A program made the position numbers and the translations under genes. This document shows positions 17,258 to 26,138 of a stretch of 26,138 nt of DNA, in pieces. The notes beneath the pieces are model-generated. The model was not told the DNA's origin. It saw only the letters and a list, made by a program, of their open reading frames with translations, and did not search any database. The DNA is from a candidate division WOR-3 bacterium (GTDB taxonomy: Bacteria > Hydrothermota > Tepidihabitantia > Tepidihabitantales > DTDR01). Location of the stretch: positions 2,961-29,098 of the forward strand of contig JBDRVN010000018.1 in NCBI GenBank assembly GCA_039801885.1. The letters are read 5' to 3'. How positions within the stretch are numbered: position 1 is the first letter of the stretch; every line of letters starts with the position of its first letter.

Positions 17258-18549
17258 TCTTCCTCCATTTTTAAATCTTTTAGACCTAAGTATCTCAAAA
17301 GGGCAACTCCGGCATAAATATCACAAAGAGAAGATATATAATTACTTTTTGCTTCATTATAAGTATTCTCAATATTCATAAAATCTAAATAAGAGATTTT
17401 TCCTAATCTCAACTGTTCCTTTGCCAAAGAATAAAGTTCTTCTGCCATTTCTAAATTTGCCTTTCCGTATTCATATTTCTCCATCGCCTCTTTTAAACTA
17501 TTTAAGGCATCCATTACCGACTTTAAAATCTCTTCATAAGTTTTTCTCTCATCAATCTTGCTCTTTTTTAATTGTAATTTTTTGCTATTAACATTTAATA
17601 GATAATTTTTTAAATCAAATATTGGCAAGGAAAAAGAAAGAGAAAAAGAAATATTGTCTCTTTTATCCCAATCTTTTAAAGTGAAATAAAATCTCTCACT
17701 ATCGGTATAAGAAGAAGTATAAGAAAATTGACAAATCGGAAAAATTCTAAGTACTGCTGAAGCGTAAGAAACCCTTGCCAAGGTCTTTTGGATACCGGCT
17801 TTTTTCAGATTTAAATTCTCTTTCAAAATTTTATCTACTTTTTCTTCATTAATTTTCTTTATCGTGTTAAGAAATTCATTTTTTAATTCGGGTATCTCAG
17901 TTTTGGGAATGATAATTTTATCTTCTTTTATTCCTAAAATAACCTTTAAAGCAACCATTGCCTGCTTGAAATTTTTCTCACTACTAAGAAGCTGTTGAGA
18001 AGCCAAGGCATAATCCGTTTTTGCCCTTAAATAATCAATTTTACTAACCTGACCAAGTTTATATTTTTCTTCAATCAAATTTTTGTACTCTTCTTTATAA
18101 GTTAAAAGATTTTTCTTTACCTGATAAATGGCATAAAAACGTAAAAGATTAAAATAGGAATTTTCACAAATATAATCTAAATATTCTAATCTCTCTTTCT
18201 TACTTAAATTATAAAAATTGAAACTTTTATTAATAAAAAGTAAATTTAAATAAGTCTCAATGTCAAAAATTTTTTCATTAATTGTAAAACTTCCCCGATA
18301 AGAACTTTTCTTTGGTTCTTTGGTTTCGGAATAAGAGAAAGATAGATTTGTTGATGGCAACAATTCGGAACTTATCCCAAAAACATTATTTATACCCGTT
18401 TTCTTATAATAATCGGCTTCTTCTTTGTAAACACTATATTTTCTTGCGTACTCTTTAGCCTCTTTCAAAGAAATATATAAAGTATCAGGAAAGTAATAAA
18501 TATGGACGGGTTCGGTGAGAATAAGAAAAGAAAGAATAAAAGTAATCAT
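17254..18549 (-). CDS. TolC-family outer-membrane efflux protein
   Basis: Two helical repeats ending YKLGQVSKIDYL and LRLGKISYLDF, SFSLPIFD strand. First gene of the MFP-ABC cluster. Confidence 0.8.
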   Translation of the reverse strand: MITFILSFLILTEPVHIYYFPDTLYISLKEAKEYARKYSVYKEEADYYKKTGINNVFGISSELLPSTNLSFSYSETKEPKKSSYRGSFTINEKIFDIETYLNLLFINKSFNFYNLSKKERLEYLDYICENSYFNLLRFYAIYQVKKNLLTYKEEYKNLIEEKYKLGQVSKIDYLRAKTDYALASQQLLSSEKNFKQAMVALKVILGIKEDKIIIPKTEIPELKNEFLNTIKKINEEKVDKILKENLNLKKAGIQKTLARVSYASAVLRIFPICQFSYTSSYTDSERFYFTLKDWDKRDNISFSLSFSLPIFDLKNYLLNVNSKKLQLKKSKIDERKTYEEILKSVMDALNSLKEAMEKYEYGKANLEMAEELYSLAKEQLRLGKISYLDFMNIENTYNEAKSNYISSLCDIYAGVALLRYLGLKDLKMEEE

Positions 18550-18585
18550 CCTACTATTATTAGATTAATATTTAACAAATTAGGT

Positions 18586-19089
18586 TTAGGGATTGGGAAT
18601 CTCTTCAACTTCCGGTCCCAATTTTGCCTTATAAAGAAGTTCAACTATTTTATTATAGGTCTTAAAATAGTATATCTCATTTGCCATTTTGGAAGAAGAT
18701 AACAAGAGACCAATTTCACTCTCTTCGGTATATTTCAAATATAGGAATTTTATAACAAAAAAACAGATTACCCAACCAATCGCAATACCAAATAAGAAGG
18801 AGAAAAAAGAATCTAAATTACCTAAAGACCATTCAGTAATATTAAAAAGTAAATAGGCAAGATAAAGAAGAATAATTAAAAGAATAATAAAGGTAATTAA
18901 AAAAGTCCAATAGATATCTAATTTTATTAAAGAACTTAAACCCTCTTTAAAATGGTTTGCTAAAACTAATGCCAAAATAAAAGCAACCATTTCAAAAAGG
19001 GGTTTACCCATTCCGGCTCTTCCCCTAATCGCCTGAATTATTGCCACAATCAAAATAAAAAAGGGAATTAAAACATCTAAAAAGTTCAT
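18586..19089 (-). CDS. CvpA (colicin V production)-family membrane protein
   Basis: MNFLD start, four TM segments, LD...FLFG...G and SKMA motifs. Confidence 0.65.
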   Translation of the reverse strand: MNFLDVLIPFFILIVAIIQAIRGRAGMGKPLFEMVAFILALVLANHFKEGLSSLIKLDIYWTFLITFIILLIILLYLAYLLFNITEWSLGNLDSFFSFLFGIAIGWVICFFVIKFLYLKYTEESEIGLLLSSSKMANEIYYFKTYNKIVELLYKAKLGPEVEEIPNP

Positions 19090-19094
19090 ACTAT

Positions 19095-19123
19095 ATTTTA
19101 AAGAAAATAAATATAATTGTCAA
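19095..19123 (-). promoter_or_regulatory. sigma70 promoter TTGACA-17-TAAAAT for cvpA
   Basis: Perfect -35 and 17-nt spacer. The -10 ends 5 nt before ATG 19089. Confidence 0.65.
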
Positions 19124-19756
19124 TTAATTGTGAAGGATATAAAATCGCCAATATTTTTTATCAAAAGGGTCTTTAACCAAAGGTGAAATTTCATAAATGG
19201 GATAATTTAAACTATCTAAAAAACATCTTCCCCAACCGGCAATTCCGTATTGACTAACTGTATAAGTTATCGTATCAAAATAGACGCCAATTGCAATCTG
19301 ACCAGAAATTACCTCCATATCTGCCCATTTAAGATAGGGAGATGTAGTATCTCCTGCCCAAACTTTCGCATTATCTCCATAATTTTTAAAAACATAATCA
19401 CCGCCATAAAAAAGGTCTTCATATTCCCTATTATAATTTAAACCAGTATAAGGGTTAACTGGTAAATTACCAATTTTATCTTCAATTATTGGGTCGCCAC
19501 CAGGAAAATAATAAGCCAAAGGACCTTCTGGATCCAAAACTTCTCCAACAATTTCCGGTGAAGGGAATTCGCCTTTATGGTCGGATGCCCAAGCCATTAA
19601 AGCTTTCTGGACAACCTGCATATTATTTTTTACCTGTGTTCTTTTTGCTCTTTCTTGAAAAAGAGAGAAATGGGGAAAGAAAAGACTTATTAAGATACCA
19701 ATAATTAAAATCACCAAAAGCATCTCTATTAAAGTAAATCCCTTTTTCTTTCCCAT
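19124..19756 (-). CDS. Prepilin-type (type IV pilin/T2SS pseudopilin) protein
   Basis: MGKKKG|FTLIEMLLVILIIGILISL class III signal with Glu at +5, followed by a helix ending ...DH.G.FP. Confidence 0.88.
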   Translation of the reverse strand: MGKKKGFTLIEMLLVILIIGILISLFFPHFSLFQERAKRTQVKNNMQVVQKALMAWASDHKGEFPSPEIVGEVLDPEGPLAYYFPGGDPIIEDKIGNLPVNPYTGLNYNREYEDLFYGGDYVFKNYGDNAKVWAGDTTSPYLKWADMEVISGQIAIGVYFDTITYTVSQYGIAGWGRCFLDSLNYPIYEISPLVKDPFDKKYWRFYILHN

Positions 19757-19774
19757 TTCTCTAAATGGTTATTT

Positions 19775-19810
19775 AAAAAATAAAAGGCTCCGCCTTTTTA
19801 GACGGAGCCT
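19775..19810 (-). terminator. Rho-independent terminator of groEL
   Basis: Minus strand AGGCTCCGTCT-AAA-AGGCGGAGCCT followed by TTTATTTTTT. Confidence 0.85.
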
Positions 19811-19838
19811 CTCCTTTTAGGAATTCAGAATTTAATAA

Positions 19839-21762
<1,924 letters not shown>

Positions 21763-21775
21763 ATTTCCTCCTTTT

Positions 21776-22264
21776 TTAATCCCTTTGCCAGTTAACTCTT
21801 ACTAATTTATTATTAGAAGAGAATTTTATTTCCAAATTTCCTTTATAAGCCCTTTTTAGGGCTTTGCCGATTGCTATCGCTAAATTTTCAGAGGTGGTTT
21901 CCAGAACCACCATATCTTTAACATTTTTTAGACTCATTATTCTATCCAAAGGATTCCTTAAAACTTCTCTCTTTTCCGTATTTTTTACCAAATTAATAAT
22001 ATCTTCTTTATGGGTGGCATAAAAATTTCCACTGATATTAACAATACCCATAGCATAATGGTCTTCGATCTTCCGGCAAGAAGGGCATTTATATTTATAA
22101 GCAATCATACTTACCATATTCGCTAGTTCATCATTTCTTATCCATCTTTTATCGTGATATAAGAGATTACAAGAAGGACAGACTGTTGGGTCTGGTAAAC
22201 TTTTTGGTAATAAATAAGGATCTTCAACTTTTTTCTTTGGTTCTTTTCTAATTATTTTTCTCAT
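21776..22264 (-). CDS. BCAM0308-family protein (two CxxC motifs)
   Basis: DPY....LP.PTVCPSC...[21 protein letters not shown] and TTSE.LA..IG.AL..AYKG.L...RVNW.R pattern. Confidence 0.8.
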   Translation of the reverse strand: MRKIIRKEPKKKVEDPYLLPKSLPDPTVCPSCNLLYHDKRWIRNDELANMVSMIAYKYKCPSCRKIEDHYAMGIVNISGNFYATHKEDIINLVKNTEKREVLRNPLDRIMSLKNVKDMVVLETTSENLAIAIGKALKRAYKGNLEIKFSSNNKLVRVNWQRD

Positions 22265-22282
22265 AAGTTTAAGAAAATAAAA

Positions 22283-22356
22283 TGGGCGAAACCCGATTTG
22301 AACGGGTGACCTCCTCCTTGTAAGGGAGGCGCTCTCGCCAACTGAGCTATTCGCCC
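22283..22356 (-). tRNA. tRNA-Val (TAC), CCA not encoded
   Basis: GGGCGAATAGCTCAGTTGGCGAGAGCGCCTCCCTTACAAGGAGGAGGTCACCCGTTCAAATCGGGTTTCGCCCA folds as a cloverleaf. Anticodon stem CCTCC/GGAGG, loop CT-TAC-AA. Confidence 0.95.
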
Positions 22357-22367
22357 ATTAGTTATAT

Positions 22368-22395
22368 ATCATAACAAAATTTATAAAAATGTCAA
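22368..22395 (-). promoter_or_regulatory. sigma70 promoter TTGACA-16-(TG)TATGAT upstream of tRNA-Val
   Basis: Perfect -35 and extended -10. The second copy at 25328-25355 lacks the TG. Confidence 0.65.
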
Positions 22396-22748
22396 TAAGA
22401 ATAAATAACCAATTAAATTAAAAGATGGTAAAGAAAAAGACGATAATGTATAATAAATTAAACACTTAGAAGATTTTTTAAAAGTCTTTTAGAGTAAAGA
22501 AATAAAAGTTTTAAATAAAGATTAAGGTTTAATAAAGCTTATTATCTCTTCTTATTACCTCCTTTTGCCTGTAAGAAAGGATGGAGCTATTATTATCAAC
22601 AACACCTCAATATAGAACTTTGCTTTTTACTTCCTGCTAAAAAATAAAAAGCTTTCTGGATGATACCGAAGTTAAACCAAAACAATAAAGAAAAAGAAAT
22701 GTTCTCACCTTTACTTATCTATATATAGGTGACAACAATAAATTCCTC

Positions 22749-24995
22749 TTATACTTTTTTAATAATTTTAGGTTTATATCTTTTCATCAGAAGAGCGTTT
22801 GATGTAACGCTAATGGAAGAAAAAGCCATCGCCGCAGCGGCAATTGCCGGATTCAAAAGCCAACCGGTAAAAGGATATAAAATGCCGGCAGCAACAGGAA
22901 TACCAACGATATTATAAAAGAAAGCCCAGAAAAGATTTTGTTTAATCTTCTTTAAAGTATACTTACTTAAATCTATTGCTATTATCACATCTCTTAAATC
23001 ATCTTTAATTAAAACTATTTCCCCTGTTTCCATTGCCACATCTGTACCTGAACCCAAAGCAATACCCAAATCAGCCTGAGCCAAAGCTGGTGCGTCATTT
23101 ATGCCGTCGCCAACCATTGCCACGACGTTTCCTTCGCTCTGTAATTTTTTAATTTCGGCTGATTTATCTTGGGGCAACACTTCAGCTAAGATCCTGTCTA
23201 TACCAAGTTGCTTGGCGATAGCTTGTCCAACTCTTTTATTATCTCCGGTTATTATCGCAACCTTTTTACCCATTTTATGAAGCATTTCTACTGCCTCTTT
23301 TGAATATTCCTTAAGAGTATCGGCTACTGCGATAATACCAATAATCTCTTTATTTTGTGCTAAAATCATTGCTGTTTTGCCCTGATTTTCTAAATTAATC
23401 ATTTTTTCTTCTGCTATAGCTGGATTAATTTGATTATCCAACATTAGCTTTCTTGTTCCAAAAAGGATTTTTTTATTTTCTAATTCAGCTGAAACGCCAA
23501 GGCCGGGTATAGTCTGAAAATTTTTTACTTCTAAAAAGTTAATTTTCTCTTCCTTTGCTTTATTAACAATTGCTTGGGCCAAGGGATGTTCGGAATTTTT
23601 TTCCACTGATGCTGCAATTTGTAAAATTAAATTTTCACTAATGTCACTTTTAATTTTTACCACATCAGTAACACTTGGTTCACCTTTGGTTAAGGTTCCG
23701 GTCTTATCAAAAATAACTACATCCAATTTGTGGGCGATTTCCAATGCCTTACCGCTTTTAATTAAAATACCATTTTTTGCCGCCAATCCTGTGCCCATCA
23801 TTACAGCGGTGGGCGTTGCCAAACCCAAAGCACAAGGACAAGCAATAATTAAAACAGCCACCAAAACCGTTAAGGCAAAAGAGAATGGCTGACCTAACAA
23901 AAGCCAAATAACAAAAGATAAAACAGCCACACCGATTACCGACGGAACAAAATAAAAAGAAACTTTATCCGCTAAGAGCTGAATAGGTGCTTTAGAATCC
24001 ATTGCCTCTTCAACTATTTTTATGATTTGGGCTAACATCGTATCTTTCCCAACTCTGGTGGCTTTAAATTTCAAAACTCCAGTTTTATTAAGGGTTCCGC
24101 CAATCACTTGATCACCCTTTTTCTTTTCTGCCGGAATACTCTCGCCAGTAACAACTTTTTCGTCCACACCGGAATAACCTTCAATAACGATACCATCAAC
24201 CGGAATTTTCTCTCCTGGTTTTACTAAAATAATATCACCAACTTTTACTTGGAAAATAGGAATTTTTGTTTCTTCATTGTCTTTTATAACCGTTGCTTCT
24301 TTTGCTTGAAGCCCAATCAATTTTTTAATCGCTTCGCCGGTCTTTCCTAAGGTTTTAGCTTCCAGATATTTCCCCAGAGAAATAAAAACTAAAATTAAAG
24401 CCGCGCTTTCATAATAAAGATGGGCTTCAATTTTTACCCCAAACAATATTAAAAGGGAAATAGTCAAACTATAGAAATAGGCAGCGGCTGTGCCAATCAA
24501 AATAAGAGAATCCATATTAGGTCTTAGCCCTATTAAATTTTTAAATCCTGAACGCCAAAGACCAAAGCAAACCAAAATTATAGCGGTTGTTAAAATAAAC
24601 TGAATTAGAATGCTCCATTCTTTAAAAAATGGGAGTATCGGCAAACCAACCATTTCGCCCATAACAATATAAATGAGAGGTAAACAAAAAATAAAAGAAA
24701 TAATAAACCGTTTTTTAAGTTTTCTGATTTCTTGCATCTTTATCTCTTTATGATGGTCGGATATTTCTTCTTCAAAAGTCTCTTCCCAAACTTGGTAGCC
24801 TAATTTTTCTATTATTTTTTTGACTCTGACAAGACTTATCTCACTTTCATCAAATTCCAAATATAACTTCTCTGAAGCAAAATTAATATTGGCTGATTTA
24901 ATTCCTTTCTCTTTTTTTAAAGCATTTTCAATATTTACCGCACAACTTGCACAATCCATACCGATAATTTTGAGAACGGTTTTTTGATGTTTCAT
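22749..24995 (-). CDS. copA: Cu(I)/Ag(I)-translocating P1B-1 ATPase
   Basis: N-terminal GMDCASC, TGES, CPC, DKTGT, SEHP and GDGINDAP motifs, plus YN and MxxSS in the last TM helices. Confidence 0.93.
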   Translation of the reverse strand: MKHQKTVLKIIGMDCASCAVNIENALKKEKGIKSANINFASEKLYLEFDESEISLVRVKKIIEKLGYQVWEETFEEEISDHHKEIKMQEIRKLKKRFIISFIFCLPLIYIVMGEMVGLPILPFFKEWSILIQFILTTAIILVCFGLWRSGFKNLIGLRPNMDSLILIGTAAAYFYSLTISLLILFGVKIEAHLYYESAALILVFISLGKYLEAKTLGKTGEAIKKLIGLQAKEATVIKDNEETKIPIFQVKVGDIILVKPGEKIPVDGIVIEGYSGVDEKVVTGESIPAEKKKGDQVIGGTLNKTGVLKFKATRVGKDTMLAQIIKIVEEAMDSKAPIQLLADKVSFYFVPSVIGVAVLSFVIWLLLGQPFSFALTVLVAVLIIACPCALGLATPTAVMMGTGLAAKNGILIKSGKALEIAHKLDVVIFDKTGTLTKGEPSVTDVVKIKSDISENLILQIAASVEKNSEHPLAQAIVNKAKEEKINFLEVKNFQTIPGLGVSAELENKKILFGTRKLMLDNQINPAIAEEKMINLENQGKTAMILAQNKEIIGIIAVADTLKEYSKEAVEMLHKMGKKVAIITGDNKRVGQAIAKQLGIDRILAEVLPQDKSAEIKKLQSEGNVVAMVGDGINDAPALAQADLGIALGSGTDVAMETGEIVLIKDDLRDVIIAIDLSKYTLKKIKQNLFWAFFYNIVGIPVAAGILYPFTGWLLNPAIAAAAMAFSSISVTSNALLMKRYKPKIIKKV

Positions 24996-25120
24996 AAGGT
25001 TAAGTTATTAATATAAATTCCGCAAAAAAATTTATGATTTCTATTGGATTTATAAAATTGTTTTTGCTCAGTCATATTTAATACTCTTCACATTTAAGTT
25101 GGTAGAAATTTTTTATGGTC

Positions 25121-25225
25121 TCAAGAAAAGTATCTTTGTGATGGTTGTTGCTTAAAATGAACACGCCCATATTCACACCAAACCCCAAACTGTTTTTTTG
25201 GTTCTTTTCTAATTATTTTTCTCAT
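25121..25225 (-). pseudogene. Chimeric 34-aa ORF: BCAM0308 start ([11 protein letters not shown]) fused to unrelated sequence
   Basis: First 11 residues are identical to the 22264 gene; the sequence diverges at the repeat boundary. Confidence 0.6.
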
Positions 25226-25361
25226 AAGTTTAAGAAAATAAAATGGGCGAAACCCGATTTGAACGGGTGACCTCCTCCTTGTAAGGGAGGCGCTCTCGCC
25301 AACTGAGCTATTCGCCATTAATTATATATCATAATAAAATTTATAAAAATGTCAATAAGAA
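25197..25361. repeat. Direct repeat copy 2 (165 bp)
   Basis: See copy 1. Same orientation, offset 2961/2960 bp. Confidence 0.95.
25244..25317 (-). tRNA. Second tRNA-Val (TAC) copy missing one 5' G (possible pseudo-tRNA)
   Basis: Identical to copy 1 except that + strand TTCGCCATTA replaces TTCGCCCATTA, which breaks the 1-72 pair. Confidence 0.8.
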
Positions 25362-25378
25362 AATAAAATTTATAATCA

Positions 25379-25537
25379 AACGAAATAATTCCTTAATATG
25401 GATCTTCAGACATCTCTTATAATATAATTTATTTTGACGATGTCAAAGGAGAGTATCCTTTTGTTAAGGATGAAGTTTGTCAATCCGTAGAAGAGAAAAA
25501 TTTATTGCCAATAGGAATAATTGAAAGAAAAATTTAA
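25379..25537 (+). pseudogene. Possible decayed gene fragment
   Basis: Protein-like NEIIP*YGSSDISYNII / YFDDVKGEYPFVKDEVCQSVEEKNLLPIGIIERKI*, with an internal stop and a frameshift. Family not recognised. Confidence 0.3.
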
Positions 25538-25683
25538 GACCTGTAAGAATAAAACTGCTCAAAACTAATGCCTAAATCGTAAGCTATTTCTAATTGTAAT
25601 CTTATATTAAAACACTATTGCCAATGGGTAATAATCTACTTTTTAGATTTTTTAATAATCCCGAATTAATTGTGGTTATCTTC

Positions 25684-25830
25684 TTATCGATGCAAAAGAA
25701 TAATCTTCCTCTTTGTTTTATAATCGCCGGCAGAAAAGTCTAAGAAATAGATTCCTTTTCCTAATTCTATCTGTAGGAAAATTAAATAAATAAATCTGAG
25801 GCTTCCTAGAATTGTATTCAATAACCCAAA
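25684..25830 (-). pseudogene. T9SS type A C-terminal sorting-domain remnant
   Basis: ...KPQIYLFNFPTDRIRK / KGIYFLDFSAGDYKTKRKIILLHR* fits the G.YF......Y...K.I terminal signature. No start or upstream body. Confidence 0.55.
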
Positions 25831-26001
25831 ATCCAATCTGGAGAAACTTGGTTAGGACTCTGAATTAAACCAACCGTAGTCTGTTAACTAACACTTAAGC
25901 ATAAAAATTACCAATCCCAATCATTATGCTACCAAAAATTATAATTTACCAGTCGCAACAATATTGATTCCGTTAATTTGTTAACTGTAGTAATAAAACA
26001 C

Positions 26002-26138
26002 TCACTTCTTCCCCGGATAGATACGATCACCACGGTGCACATCTTTTCCACAGTACGGACATATTCCACCACCTAAACCCAGAAACTCATGAGCCTTGAC
26101 GTCTTTTTCACAAAATTCCAACCCACACCTAGGACAAC
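26002..26138 (-). CDS. C-terminus of a Cys-rich zinc-finger-like protein (runs off window end)
   Basis: CPRCGLEFCEKDVKAHEFLGLGGGICPYCGKDVHRGDRIYPGKK*, with two CxxCG knuckles. Confidence 0.55.
   Translation of the reverse strand, partial: CPRCGLEFCEKDVKAHEFLGLGGGICPYCGKDVHRGDRIYPGKK

Larger units (their letters stand above)
22236..22401. repeat. Direct repeat copy 1 (166 bp): promoter, tRNA-Val and first ~10 codons of the BCAM0308 gene
   Basis: Matches 25197-25361 except for a 1-nt indel and 2 substitutions (22361 G/25321 A; 22375 C/25335 T). Confidence 0.95.

Noticed and set aside
14231-17381. Plus-strand ORFs (232, 73, 88, 70, 114 aa) opposite the ABC/MFP genes
   Set aside because: Typical antisense shadow ORFs with no independent signals.
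25121-25318. 65-aa ORF starting at 25318
   Set aside because: Its first half is the tRNA-Val copy read as codons. The ATG is in frame only because of the lost G.
22236-25361. Prophage, IS or integrase-encoding island
   Set aside because: No integrase, transposase or phage gene, and no terminal inverted repeats seen.

Overview
AT-rich chromosomal window from a diderm, probably anaerobic bacterium. LolA, TolC, tandem GWxTD proteins and a T9SS sorting-domain remnant suggest an FCB-associated lineage such as candidate division WOR-3 (inference only). Most genes are housekeeping or envelope genes: two GWxTD proteins, a sigma54-type promoter ahead of a PAS/histidine-kinase-like protein, a GT28 glycosyltransferase, lolA, a PaaI thioesterase, rimO, a minimal S13 peptidase, mgtE, a YprB-like nuclease, a GT-C-like membrane protein, TolC-MacA-ATPase-MacB, cvpA, a prepilin-like protein, groEL/groES, a BCAM0308-family gene, tRNA-Val(TAC) and copA. 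Highlights: (1) a two-gene operon of bona fide hydG plus a HypC-HydE fusion, which joins a [NiFe]-hydrogenase chaperone domain to an [FeFe]-maturase radical SAM enzyme, with no hydF or hydA in the window; (2) an unannotated decayed cas6 next to IHF sites and palindromes, a likely scar of a lost CRISPR-Cas locus; (3) copA bracketed by ~166-bp direct repeats that each hold a promoter, a whole tRNA-Val and the first codons of the next gene, with no integrase; (4) a kinase-like protein whose phospho-acceptor His is replaced by Tyr; (5) repeated evidence for leaderless mRNAs.
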